Positions 1 through 10,599 of a stretch of DNA of 64,000 nucleotides are shown one piece after another. Location: the NCBI GenBank assembly GCA_020184695.1, contig JAANOX010000042.1, positions 310,001-374,000 of the forward strand, given 5' to 3'. Origin of the DNA: Histomonas meleagridis 2922-C6/04-290x. Taxonomy: Eukaryota; Protista; Parabasalia. The notes under the pieces are model-generated. The model searched no databases, had not been told where the DNA came from, and saw only the letters and a list, made by a program, of their open reading frames with translations. The position numbers were made by a program, and so were the translations under genes. Position 1 is the stretch's first letter; each line of letters begins with the position of its first letter.

Positions 1-83
1 CAATATCAACTAATCATTTTACATTTAACTCAATCGGATCACCTAAACAATCACCAATTGTCTCTTATTTAATAGCACAATCA

Positions 84-3000
84 ATGGTTATCTCTAATTC
101 ATATGAATATAAAGAATTAGAATTCTCAGAACAAAATGCAGCGGAATATTTCCAATACAATAGTTTCGTTAAATTAATTCCATGTTCAACTTCAATATTT
201 AATTCCAAAAGTATCATTTCATATTTATTCAAAAAATTTAAAAAATTAAAAGATCAAGAACTCATTAATGAATTTGCATTATTCCTTTGTAAAATTGCTA
301 CACTTTATCCGATTAATTATTATTATTTCTTTAGATGTTTTCAACAATCTTTAATTATACAAGCAAAAAAATGTAAATTGATTTATTTGTTCTCAATTAT
401 TCAAGTGATTAATAGTTTGAATGATAATATTCTAAGAAATAATTTATTTTATGAATTATTCCAAAATTTAAAGTTTTGGAGTTCTTTAGAAATCGAAACA
501 TTAAATGAATTTTTATTATATTTATCAGGTGAATATTCAACGATTTTGGTTAACTCAATTGATTTTAATTATATATCAAACAATTCATTTTTAAAATTTT
601 ATTTTTATTTGTTGTGTTATTTTAAAAAAGATAATATTTTTATTGATTCATTATTAAAATTCTTAAGAATTATTTGTATGAATGTAAATATAAACCATTT
701 AAAAACGCTTTCAATTTATTCAATGGTTTATAATTACATCAAGTTTTCAAGTTCTGAAAATGATTTTGAAAGCATATTCAATAATTTCAATGTAATTGAT
801 TCGTTTTCCACAAAATTTGTTAACTTGATTCTCGAGGTTGAAATGACGAAAAAAACACAAATTTATGAGTTAAATGATTACTTTTTCATATTATTGTTTT
901 ATCCAATCGAAACATCAAATTTAGTTATCTCAAATATATTAAAATTATGTCAAAGCATTGAATTTGTCGAGAAAAATATTTACGTTTTATCGCATGTTTT
1001 CGAACGTTTTGTTAATAACGAAGAAATATGGGAAGAAGTACTTAAATTATTATTAAATAATTCGAACTTTAAATTCAGCCAAAAAATCGATTCCAAAAAT
1101 ATAAATATTCAGCAACAATTTTTACCGATTTTATTTTCTATGACAAAAGCATTGTTTAAAGAGCCATTTAACTCAACGAATCCATTTCTCAAAAAGATAT
1201 TAGCATTAACAAATGAAATCATTATACAAAGTAGTGACAAGTTATTAATGAATTCAAATTTAAAACATTTTCGTAATTTCATTATGGGCACAGCCATAAA
1301 TTCACATGAGTTAAACCTAAAAGAAATTAATATAAAAAATTCAAATGAATTTTTGATTAAATTACAAAAAATTTATAATTACCCATTAAATGTTTCTTAT
1401 ATTTCTTTCATCTCAGAGTTGTTAATTGGTATATTAATATATCAAGTGAATTATCCTGAAACATTTTTAGAAATAATTAAATGCATGTTATTCATCCAGA
1501 ACTCTATCGGTGTTTTAACGGTTTCCTTATTTAAACGTTTACAATTTACAAAGTGTAATCCAAAAGTTTACGAGATTTTGAATGATTTACTTCTGTACGT
1601 TTATAAAAAAATGCCATATGAAATTCATGGCGATTCAATTATTGAGGCATTATTAACATTTTGTGGTAATAATTCGGTTCGATTTAAATCCTTTCAAAGT
1701 TTCTTTTGTTTAACGTTCCATAAATTTCATGAAAAGAATCAAATCGAACTGTTTAATTTATATGACAAATACATTAATTCAATGCAAATCAATGACATAA
1801 AAATTGTGATTTTATTATATTATCCAATAAATTTAAATATATTAATCGGAAACAAATTTTGGGTGAATTTATATGATAAACTATTGTGTTATTATAAGAA
1901 AATGCCTAAAATAAATCGACCGATTTTGTTTCAGAATGAAAATAATTTTAATGATATAATCAAAAGTCCAAACATCAATGAAATTCAAACATTTTTAGAG
2001 ACATCGAAAAATAATTTAATGAACTCGAAGTTAACATTGGAGAATTTACTTAAATATAATATAACAAATGAACCAATTCAATATTTCATTGATTACAATC
2101 ATAAAATCATCAATAATTGTAATAACATTATTAATGACTTCTGCTTAATATTTAATATATCATTTCATAAATATGAAAAATATTATTCGCTAAATTTATA
2201 TTATGAAATATTAACTAAATATCAAATGATAAAAAAACAAAAACTCAAAAAAGAAAATTTTCATATTTCTTCATTTCATTTACCCGGTGTATGTCCAATA
2301 GTTTTACTTAATTCATTCACAAACATAACACAAAATGATTTAAATATATTAAATTTCGAATCTTTTAATTTTTTCACTCATTCCGAAAATCTCAAAATTT
2401 CAACATTTCTATCTATATATGGTGAACCAGATCATATAATTAATTGTGAATTAGTTCGAAGGACATTACAAATTAATGCGATTTCATTTTTTTATAAGGA
2501 TAAAATATTAATATTAACTAATTCCAAAATCAATAAAAATAAAATTATTACATTCGAAGATAATACAAATGAATTTCTTCAACAAATTTTCGATTTAGAA
2601 TTCGGTAAATTCAAATTGTTTTACTTCCATCCGATTATATCCATTAAGAAAAAAGACATATTTACTATATTCCCTTATCATTCACCTGATTCATTAAAAT
2701 CATTTTCATTTTATACAACGTTAAATGGTTCTTTCATAATAAAATTCGAAGAAAATATTAATCCATCAATCATTAACTCAAAAGTTTTAATTCCATATTA
2801 TTTAGAAAAGTGGTTAAATAATGTCATTTCTAATATGCAATATTTAATAGTATTAAATCAATTAGCTGGAAGATCATTCGAAGATATTTCAAGTTATCCA
2901 ATTGTTCCGAGAATTATTAATTCTTATAAATCAGAGATATTTCTCGATGATTTCTCTAATTTAAGAGACTTAAAGATTCCAATTCCTGTAATTTCTGATC

Positions 3001-4376
3001 CTGATCAAAATCATGAGATGTTAAAAATCCGTGAAATTAATCAATCTCTTCATCATTGTGATAATTTATCAAATCCGATAATAGTTTCATCATTAATGAT
3101 AAGGATTCAACCTTTTTTTGATTATCAATGGAAATTTAATAATGGATACGATGTTCCTGAACGATTTTTTAATTCGATTCCTATCAATCTTTCGATAGAA
3201 CATTTTACTGCAACTGAATTTAATCCAGAATTATTTGTTTTACCCGAAATGTTTGTAAATATTAACAAATTTGATTTCCCGAATGGATATATGAAAAATG
3301 TAATTCTTCCAAAATGGGCTAAAAATCCAAGACATTTTATTGACTTACAAAAGTTTATGTTAGAATCAGATTCAATCAGAGAAGAATTAAATAATTGGAT
3401 CGATTTAATTTTCGGATATAAAAGAGATGGCATTGAAGCTAAAAATGCTTTAAATCTTTTTAATCAATTCGGTTATTTAGAATTACCAACTAATGACCCT
3501 GAAATGGAAGATTATAGAAAGCAATGGTTAAAATCTTCTGGTTGTGTACCGAATAAATTGTTTTTAAATCCTCACCCAAAGTTTATACAACAAAATAACA
3601 TCAAATCAATTGACGACGTCATTTTTGAACTAAATCCTGATTTGGGGTGCCCTTATCATTCAGTTGAAACTAAAAAAGGATTGATTATTATCGATCATAA
3701 AATATCAATTCTGAAATCAAAATCATTAGAAAATGATCATTTCATAATTTATGATCCGAGATTTTCTTTTGTTGTTGATTATGCAACCTCAAATGATCTT
3801 AATTTTTTAGTAATAACTTTCTCATTTTCTTTAATAATTGTATATTCGATAAGATATTCGGATAAAAATGTTTTAGGAATTGATCAATTAATAAGTCTTT
3901 TTAGATCTGAACCTTCTTTTTCAATCCTCATTGAAGGACATGCAATGTGCGCAACTATTTGTTCAAATGAAGTTGTTCTTTGGTCTTTTTCAAGTGGTAT
4001 AATTTATAGTATAATTGAGATTAAAAATGTGACCGCAGCTGAGTTTGATGAAGAATTAAATGTATTATATTTGGCAGTTGATAATGAGTTGTTATTATAT
4101 TCATTAAATGGTGAGTTTCTAAAAAAATTTGTTGTCGATGCAAAAATTTGTTCGATTTCATTGATCAAATTATCTTTCTCCGCCACAAAAAGATTTCCTG
4201 TATGTGGTTGCGAAGATGGAACTATTGTAATAATTGGTACGAAATTGGAAAATGGAGAACTCTTTGCTTATAATAAAAAGAAAATATCCCAATATCCGAT
4301 CGCAAAATTCATCAAAAGAAAGAAAAAACTTCCATTTGTTGTTGATGCGTATGGAATGTTCACACAAAATTGTTAA
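84..4376 (+). CDS. BEACH-domain protein with C-terminal WD40-like region
   Basis: 1430-aa ORF. BEACH-like motifs: YLIVLNQLAGRSFEDISSYPIVP, HHCDNLSNP, LMIRIQPF, EFNPELFVLPEMF, LPKWAKNPRHFI, LNNWIDLIFGYK. Confidence 0.85.
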   Translation: MVISNSYEYKELEFSEQNAAEYFQYNSFVKLIPCSTSIFNSKSIISYLFKKFKKLKDQELINEFALFLCKIATLYPINYYYFFRCFQQSLIIQAKKCKLIYLFSIIQVINSLNDNILRNNLFYELFQNLKFWSSLEIETLNEFLLYLSGEYSTILVNSIDFNYISNNSFLKFYFYLLCYFKKDNIFIDSLLKFLRIICMNVNINHLKTLSIYSMVYNYIKFSSSENDFESIFNNFNVIDSFSTKFVNLILEVEMTKKTQIYELNDYFFILLFYPIETSNLVISNILKLCQSIEFVEKNIYVLSHVFERFVNNEEIWEEVLKLLLNNSNFKFSQKIDSKNINIQQQFLPILFSMTKALFKEPFNSTNPFLKKILALTNEIIIQSSDKLLMNSNLKHFRNFIMGTAINSHELNLKEINIKNSNEFLIKLQKIYNYPLNVSYISFISELLIGILIYQVNYPETFLEIIKCMLFIQNSIGVLTVSLFKRLQFTKCNPKVYEILNDLLLYVYKKMPYEIHGDSIIEALLTFCGNNSVRFKSFQSFFCLTFHKFHEKNQIELFNLYDKYINSMQINDIKIVILLYYPINLNILIGNKFWVNLYDKLLCYYKKMPKINRPILFQNENNFNDIIKSPNINEIQTFLETSKNNLMNSKLTLENLLKYNITNEPIQYFIDYNHKIINNCNNIINDFCLIFNISFHKYEKYYSLNLYYEILTKYQMIKKQKLKKENFHISSFHLPGVCPIVLLNSFTNITQNDLNILNFESFNFFTHSENLKISTFLSIYGEPDHIINCELVRRTLQINAISFFYKDKILILTNSKINKNKIITFEDNTNEFLQQIFDLEFGKFKLFYFHPIISIKKKDIFTIFPYHSPDSLKSFSFYTTLNGSFIIKFEENINPSIINSKVLIPYYLEKWLNNVISNMQYLIVLNQLAGRSFEDISSYPIVPRIINSYKSEIFLDDFSNLRDLKIPIPVISDPDQNHEMLKIREINQSLHHCDNLSNPIIVSSLMIRIQPFFDYQWKFNNGYDVPERFFNSIPINLSIEHFTATEFNPELFVLPEMFVNINKFDFPNGYMKNVILPKWAKNPRHFIDLQKFMLESDSIREELNNWIDLIFGYKRDGIEAKNALNLFNQFGYLELPTNDPEMEDYRKQWLKSSGCVPNKLFLNPHPKFIQQNNIKSIDDVIFELNPDLGCPYHSVETKKGLIIIDHKISILKSKSLENDHFIIYDPRFSFVVDYATSNDLNFLVITFSFSLIIVYSIRYSDKNVLGIDQLISLFRSEPSFSILIEGHAMCATICSNEVVLWSFSSGIIYSIIEIKNVTAAEFDEELNVLYLAVDNELLLYSLNGEFLKKFVVDAKICSISLIKLSFSATKRFPVCGCEDGTIVIIGTKLENGELFAYNKKKISQYPIAKFIKRKKKLPFVVDAYGMFTQNC

Positions 4377-4636
4377 ATAAATAATGTTTATATGTGTTTT
4401 AAATATACTTTTTTAATTATATTAATTAGTGGTCCATTTTTGGTATAGTAGAAACATTTTTTGAAGTTTAGTATTAAATGATTTTAATTTTTTAATCTAT
4501 TTTTAACAAATATGTATACATACACCAAATTTATATATTTGAATAAAAAGATCAAAAAAAAAAAAAGAAGACAAAAAAAAAAAAAAATTATATTTTCCCT
4601 AATATTTACAAATAAAAAAATAAAAACAAAAGAAAA

Positions 4637-5566
4637 TTATGCATCATCAATAGTTTCGCTTGAACTACTTTCCAACAGATTATCTTCCATCTTAGACGCA
4701 TCTATAGTTTCTTTCACTGGTTGTATAACATAAAAGTAGATGAAAACCGTTAACATGATGGAAAGCCCAACAAAATTCAAATACTTAACTACAATCTGCA
4801 AAACGTGATATATGAATGAGAGGAATACAGACAATATGTGTATGATTAGTACAGGGATTAAAAGAACGAAATATTTGGATATTTTCTTTTGATAATTTGT
4901 ATTTATGACACTTCGATTGAGGTTCCTTTTGATTAGGATATACCTAATTAAACAAGAAAGAGTTGATAAAAGAACAAGAACTGCATAATAATTGGTTTGG
5001 AGACAATAATTATGAACTGTGTCATATGCTAAAAAAAATATTAAGTTTGGCAATTCATTGGATACGTAGACATTAGCAATACCAAGAGTGAGGGGAAGTA
5101 TTACCCAAAGAAGTGAGTTAAGGATTAATGATCTATTATTATGACGTCTACCACGAATAATTTTATTGGTAGCCACCTCAATAATACCAAGAACAATTTC
5201 AAAAAATAAAGGAAGGATTATACAATGATCAATATAATTGAGTAAAGAACAAGTTAAAGATTTGGTATTCCTTTTAGAAATTTGATTTGGTATCCAACGA
5301 ATATTTGATAACCCAGAAATAATACTGTATAACAAAGATGCAATGATAATTGCTGTTCTTGTGATCCAAAATTTATTGAATTCAAGATTTCGAAATTTTA
5401 ACACATAAACAAGAAAGAAAATATCCATGACAATGAAAATAAACATGATTATAAGTGTGATAATATCGTTGATCGTGTCTGTTTCCATTTCTTTTCTGTT
5501 TTCCTTGGCGATGCCGTTAATCGAATTGGCTTTTTGAATAATCAGAAATATATTTAATTTTTCCAT
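4637..5566 (-). CDS. Seven-transmembrane membrane protein (GPCR-like topology)
   Basis: Seven hydrophobic stretches by eye, Cys at start of TM3 and in the TM4-5 loop. Start could instead be METDT at 5488. Confidence 0.6.
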   Translation of the reverse strand: MEKLNIFLIIQKANSINGIAKENRKEMETDTINDIITLIIMFIFIVMDIFFLVYVLKFRNLEFNKFWITRTAIIIASLLYSIISGLSNIRWIPNQISKRNTKSLTCSLLNYIDHCIILPLFFEIVLGIIEVATNKIIRGRRHNNRSLILNSLLWVILPLTLGIANVYVSNELPNLIFFLAYDTVHNYCLQTNYYAVLVLLSTLSCLIRYILIKRNLNRSVINTNYQKKISKYFVLLIPVLIIHILSVFLSFIYHVLQIVVKYLNFVGLSIMLTVFIYFYVIQPVKETIDASKMEDNLLESSSSETIDDA

Positions 5567-6069
5567 ATATAAAAACAGTTATTTTGAACGGTTAACGATC
5601 ATTTCTTATTCATAATCTGTTTTGTATGCAATAAACGTCTGTTTTGGCAGAAACCACTTCACCCTGTTTATTCTCCTGAAGATATTTTGATTTTTCTGTA
5701 TCTTTTTTTAGAAAAAATCGGAGAAATTCATTCAAAAAACCTGAAGTATCTTTTTCATAGTCAAAAAATCAATTTCTTGTAAGAAATTCATATAAACATC
5801 AACATTATTTTTTTATAACTAATACAATGTATATCATTTGAGTAATAACCACTTTAAAAGATAATGGGTGAATATATTTAAATTTATCAATTATTAATAT
5901 TGTTGATCAAATAATATTTCTTAAATTTATATAGAACATTTTCTGTTGTACCAGCATCAACGACATACAATTCAAGCAAATTTTTCACTTTGTCTCAAAC
6001 ATTTGGCTTTAAAAAACAAATTAAAAAGACTCATGATATTTATTGTTCGTATTTTTTTGTGTGTCGAAA

Positions 6070-7152
6070 TCAGGTTTCAACCACATTTTTTTCATTCCTT
6101 TTCTTTGAACCAATAATTGGCTCTGAGAGTGCTTGTTTTATTGGCATGAAAGTTGCTGATTTGGTCAGACTTAGATTTCGAGTACTAGCAAGGCATGAAC
6201 ATCCGTGCTTTCTATATCTGAAACACATTTTTGTCTTGCTTTTACTGTTTAAAGGTACAAGATTTTTTTGTAATGAGTTGGTTGAATAATTAATTTGATT
6301 TTGTGTATTCCAATTTCTGATGCTTAAACGCTTAACATTGTTAACTGGCTTGGGCTCAAGTAAAATTTGTCTGAGTCTAAGTCTTTTATTTTGATCTGCT
6401 TGGAGAGAAAAAGTCATGATTTTTAAAACAGAGGAATTAAAATCTCTAAGGACCTCAAAGCTAGGATTCAACATCTTGCGTACCATGGTGAATATGTTCT
6501 TGGAGGCCCATGGAAGTGCCATTCCATTCATTGTGATAAATAATGCAGCAAGTGACCAGATGTCAGATGAGGCATTAGGGACACTTTTAGAGCCATTGAA
6601 GTACTCAGGTGGAAGCCATTGCATTTCAAGTGGGTTAAAAGTCTTGAACATGAAATTTATGGAAGTCGGTAATATGTAAAAATCTGTTAGGATGATCCTG
6701 TTGTCTTGGGTAATGAAAATGTTGGACGGTTTAATTGCGCTTGGATAGACTCCAGCTTTATGGATTAAATAAAAACGTTTAACAATGGAGATCCAAAGGT
6801 CATAAATACTATTTGGGTCAAAGCGGTGGAGGATCAGAAAGTCTGAAAGGTTTGGAAGATCAAGGTATGGTCTTATTAAATAAACCGAATCGTCTGTAAT
6901 TAGCATGTCCACATAATTACAGACAAAATTGAGTGACCTGAGCTTCGTTATTCTTTCCTTTAGCATGTCTATCTTGTTAGGAGACCCAAATATACTTTTT
7001 GGAAAAGATTTACATATGAAATGTTGTTGACTTTCTTTATGAATTAATAATGAAGTTGAACTCAATGTACCAGGTGGAAGTTCTTTGATAAACAAGAAAT
7101 CATGGAAATCTGGAATATGTATTGGCTTGATGATGTCTTTGAGCTCTGCCAT
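6070..7152 (-). CDS. Protein-kinase-fold protein, probable pseudokinase
   Basis: Kinase subdomains recognisable (FICKSF, IKPSNIFI, TDFY, WLPPEYF, SDIWSL) but the HRD Asp is absent and DFG is DFY. Confidence 0.75.
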   Translation of the reverse strand: MAELKDIIKPIHIPDFHDFLFIKELPPGTLSSTSLLIHKESQQHFICKSFPKSIFGSPNKIDMLKERITKLRSLNFVCNYVDMLITDDSVYLIRPYLDLPNLSDFLILHRFDPNSIYDLWISIVKRFYLIHKAGVYPSAIKPSNIFITQDNRIILTDFYILPTSINFMFKTFNPLEMQWLPPEYFNGSKSVPNASSDIWSLAALFITMNGMALPWASKNIFTMVRKMLNPSFEVLRDFNSSVLKIMTFSLQADQNKRLRLRQILLEPKPVNNVKRLSIRNWNTQNQINYSTNSLQKNLVPLNSKSKTKMCFRYRKHGCSCLASTRNLSLTKSATFMPIKQALSEPIIGSKKRNEKNVVET

Positions 7153-8616
7153 ATGATTCTGGTCGTTGCCAGTCCGCGCAGCTTTTTGAATATATATCAG
7201 GAGGAATTGAATAGTGTCTTGATATTTTCAAGAAATCTGGAGTTTCAAACGGTGAAATTAAATGGCCCTGTTGGCTTTTTCTGAAAAACATATTGAAACA
7301 TTTGAAACAACTCAATTTAGTAAAACACTGCCTTTCAAAAAAACATAATCATTCAAAAAGTCGAGATTTTCACTGAAAAATTCCATTATCGGCACTTTGA
7401 ATTTCGTGTGATAAATTTCGAACAATTGGTATCAACATCTTGGTTCAAGACACTTTGAAAATCTAAATTTTTCAGACCGCAGTGCTACAAGTGGGAAAGG
7501 TTTACCACTAATAAATGTTGGTGGTGAACATGAAGGCCATGCACACGCCAATTGATTATAATCTCTCATTTTCTTTGGCAAATATTCGAGGATAAAGATA
7601 TTGAAAATTGATACAAACACAATGAGGAAGGGTTTCAACCAAATATTTGTGGTTGTAAAATGACGTAATATGAGTACAAGAATTTATTGTGAGAATAATG
7701 GATGGATAAAGATTATGAGTAATGCGACTTTAAATGTAAAGTTAATAAAAAGAATAAAATAATATAAAGAAATTAGATCACACCATTTAACTTGAAATTT
7801 TCGGAGATGTTGGAATCAAAAATAACCTTAATTTTGGAGGCTTTTTCATGTTTTAAGGCAAAAACTTACCTTGTATGCTTTTCACTCTTGATATCATGCC
7901 TATTTTTATGTACAAAAAAATTACAATTTTAAAATTGAGAATTTATTTTTGGAAGTTGCTAAATAACCAAACCTGGAATAAATCTGTTAATTTTCACCAA
8001 ACTAAACTCCGATGAACATGAAATTATCTTGAAGAAAATATTTCAAAAAATTGAATATAAAAAAAATTGCATGATACACTCATGCTTTCTTGTATTAAAA
8101 TAAATTTTTTTATTGGGTGATAAATGAGTTTATGACTTATTAGAATAAAGGAATTAAATACATACACGTATGACTTGACATTTCATAAAAGATACCAATT
8201 TTTTTCACAAATTCTCCTACATAAAGAAATACACTTAACGAACTTGGTTGCACTAGTGGTAAGCAAACATGTTGAGCATGTTTATTAACTGAGTTTTAAA
8301 TACTATGTGTTAGTTGAAAATAATTGCTCAGTGGTGCAACTATCAGCCTAAATCAGAAAGACTCATCGTTGTTTCATCAGAGCATAAAAACATACTTTCC
8401 TAAAAAAGAAATTATTATTTTAAAATGTTGGGCCAAAGTCAAACTTTTTGATAGCAACGATAAGGGAAAATGTGGCTCGAACAACTTCATCATGATGAAT
8501 GATTTATCAAAACAGTTTTAAGCATGAGTTGTATTGTTTGTTTGTATAATCATTAAATATTCTAAAAACCAAATATTTTAGTAACATTTTTTTAATTGCA
8601 TGCTTTAACAATATTT

Positions 8617-9198
8617 TTATTTAATAAAAGGAAACCATGTTGGCGTTTTCGCACGATATTCTACATAATCTCTCCCAAACATCGAAACAAGGGCAGCTTC
8701 TTCATCTTGAATCCTATCACTGAAAAATTTCCATAATACAGCAAAAAAAGCTATAAACGATATTGGATTTCTAAGAAACATCTGTGTGCCCAAGGCAAAA
8801 ATAAACATGCCTAAATATCCTGGGTGTCTGATATAGTGATATACTCCATTCGTGATAAGCTTATGTTGCTCAACCCGCCTATATGCAATGTGATGAGTGA
8901 ATGATTTTTTTGCAGTGGTTTCTGCCTTCACACGAATAAACAATCCGACAATTATTAATAAAAACCCAAGCCACATAATAAAGCTTTGCATTGAAGTTTT
9001 GTAATCACCAAAAACATACGATTCTATCAGAAATTCAGCAATTCCGAAAGAAAATGCAAAAACAAATGGAACAGAAATTAGAGTTGCTCCTTTTGAATTA
9101 TATTCTGAATGATTCTTTTTGCTTATTAAGTACTCGCTTGCATGGAAAAATATAATAAATCCAAACAATAAACCAATCTGTAAAGCTTCTGTTAGCAT
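8617..9198 (-). CDS. ICMT: Protein-S-isoprenylcysteine O-methyltransferase
   Basis: SFTHHI...HKLITNGVYHYIRHPGYLG...RIQDEEAALVSMFGRDYVEY motif set. ATG at 9198 chosen over the alternative start in the ORF track. Confidence 0.9.
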   Translation of the reverse strand: MLTEALQIGLLFGFIIFFHASEYLISKKNHSEYNSKGATLISVPFVFAFSFGIAEFLIESYVFGDYKTSMQSFIMWLGFLLIIVGLFIRVKAETTAKKSFTHHIAYRRVEQHKLITNGVYHYIRHPGYLGMFIFALGTQMFLRNPISFIAFFAVLWKFFSDRIQDEEAALVSMFGRDYVEYRAKTPTWFPFIK

Positions 9199-9285
9199 TT
9201 TGGAGCACCCCTCTCGGGGCACCCTAAAATGAGGAATTACCTTTTATAACAAACATGAATTCCAATATAAAAAGAATAAATCTGT

Positions 9286-10197
9286 TTAATCTTTCTTTAC
9301 TTTTTCAACACCCCGTGATTTTGTACACATATTAGCAATTTTTAAAATAAAAAGGTAAATGTAGTAACTCAACCATGGTCCAAATATCGATTGCAATGAT
9401 CTCAGAACCAAAGAGTTTACCCCGTATTCCACAGAATCCACTCTGCCTATAGAGGTCATAATTGCATGAGTAATTTGATCTATTGATGGATTCTGGAATT
9501 TGAGTTGTGCAGGTATATCCTCGCCCTGAAACCCAGTGTGTACTGTCGTGATTTTTATGTTTGTGACAGATGTTTCAAAAGAGATTTCTTTTCCGAATAA
9601 CGAAAGTAATCCATTCGTCGAAAAGTACAAAGTGGGCATTGGGAAACGGAGGTGAGCTGCTAATGAAGAGATGATGCATATTGTGGATTTTTCTTTTATG
9701 TTTCTGTTTCTTTTTATAAATGATTTTGTGAGTAAGCAATAAGCAGTCGTTATTGTGTTAAGATAATCCGCTATATCTTGATCTGACATATCTGTGATTT
9801 GCTTTTGATCAGAATATCCCATGTTACAGAATAGAATTCCAATATCTCGATTTCCGCATTCATCAAAAATCTTGTCAACAGATTTTACATAAGTCTTGTC
9901 AACACAAACTGGGATGAATTGAATTCCTTTTGATTCAATCTCTTTCTTAAAATCTTGAAGTCGATCTTCTTCAGAGTCACATCCAATAATATTAATTCCT
10001 TGTGCTGCAAGTTTTTCTGAAATTTGCTTTCCAAGATCTGAGTTTGCACCAGTCACAATTGCCCATTCAGTTTTGAATTCTTTTTTACAGTCAACCTCTT
10101 TTGCGAAATACCCAATAGCCCACTTGTATAAGTAAAAAACGGCACGGAAAAGGGTAATTATGCCAAGGAAACAAAGCAGGACGGAAAACAAACTCAT
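9286..10197 (-). CDS. Short-chain dehydrogenase/reductase (KAR/17beta-HSD12-like), degenerate active-site motif
   Basis: N-terminal TM segment then WAIVTGANSDLG Rossmann motif. ATG MSLF at 10197 follows an Inr-like TCATATTCA. Confidence 0.75.
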   Translation of the reverse strand: MSLFSVLLCFLGIITLFRAVFYLYKWAIGYFAKEVDCKKEFKTEWAIVTGANSDLGKQISEKLAAQGINIIGCDSEEDRLQDFKKEIESKGIQFIPVCVDKTYVKSVDKIFDECGNRDIGILFCNMGYSDQKQITDMSDQDIADYLNTITTAYCLLTKSFIKRNRNIKEKSTICIISSLAAHLRFPMPTLYFSTNGLLSLFGKEISFETSVTNIKITTVHTGFQGEDIPAQLKFQNPSIDQITHAIMTSIGRVDSVEYGVNSLVLRSLQSIFGPWLSYYIYLFILKIANMCTKSRGVEKVKKD

Positions 10198-10599
10198 TTT
10201 TTTTTTGAATATGAATATCACTTTTTGAATTAGTAAAATACGTTTTGTCATTTTTGCGAGCATTTCTTTCTTCTCTCATTAAATGAAAACGCTTAATATT
10301 AGTGAACTATTTAATTGTCCATAAATTATCTTACTCCTCTAATGTGGGGAATCAGAATTAAAATTATATCTTCGAAAATATACAATAAAAATTTTGGATT
10401 AATCATAAAGGGAACTGATTTATTTTTCCAATTAGAAACCTGTTTCTGTTCTTTACTACTAAAAATAAATTAATATTATATTCTTCTAATTTGCTTGGGT
10501 TTTGGAAAAGAAAATCGATTTTTATCATAGTATGTCACTTGATTTGTCAATGTCTGCTTGGTTTTTGGTTCGTTTCCCAACATAGTGGATTTTTTTTAA

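Noticed and set aside
4550-4630. Poly-A runs read as a Lys-rich ORF (4512-4733)
   Set aside because: Low-complexity 3' intergenic sequence between convergent genes.
7421-7551. Short coding-looking plus-strand frame (NWYQHLGSRH...GEHEGHAH)
   Set aside because: About 43 codons, no start codon and no recognisable family.
8075-8535. Possible TIR pair ATACACTCATGCTT / AAGCATGAGTTGTAT
   Set aside because: Only about 14 nt with an indel, no clear target duplication and no transposase.
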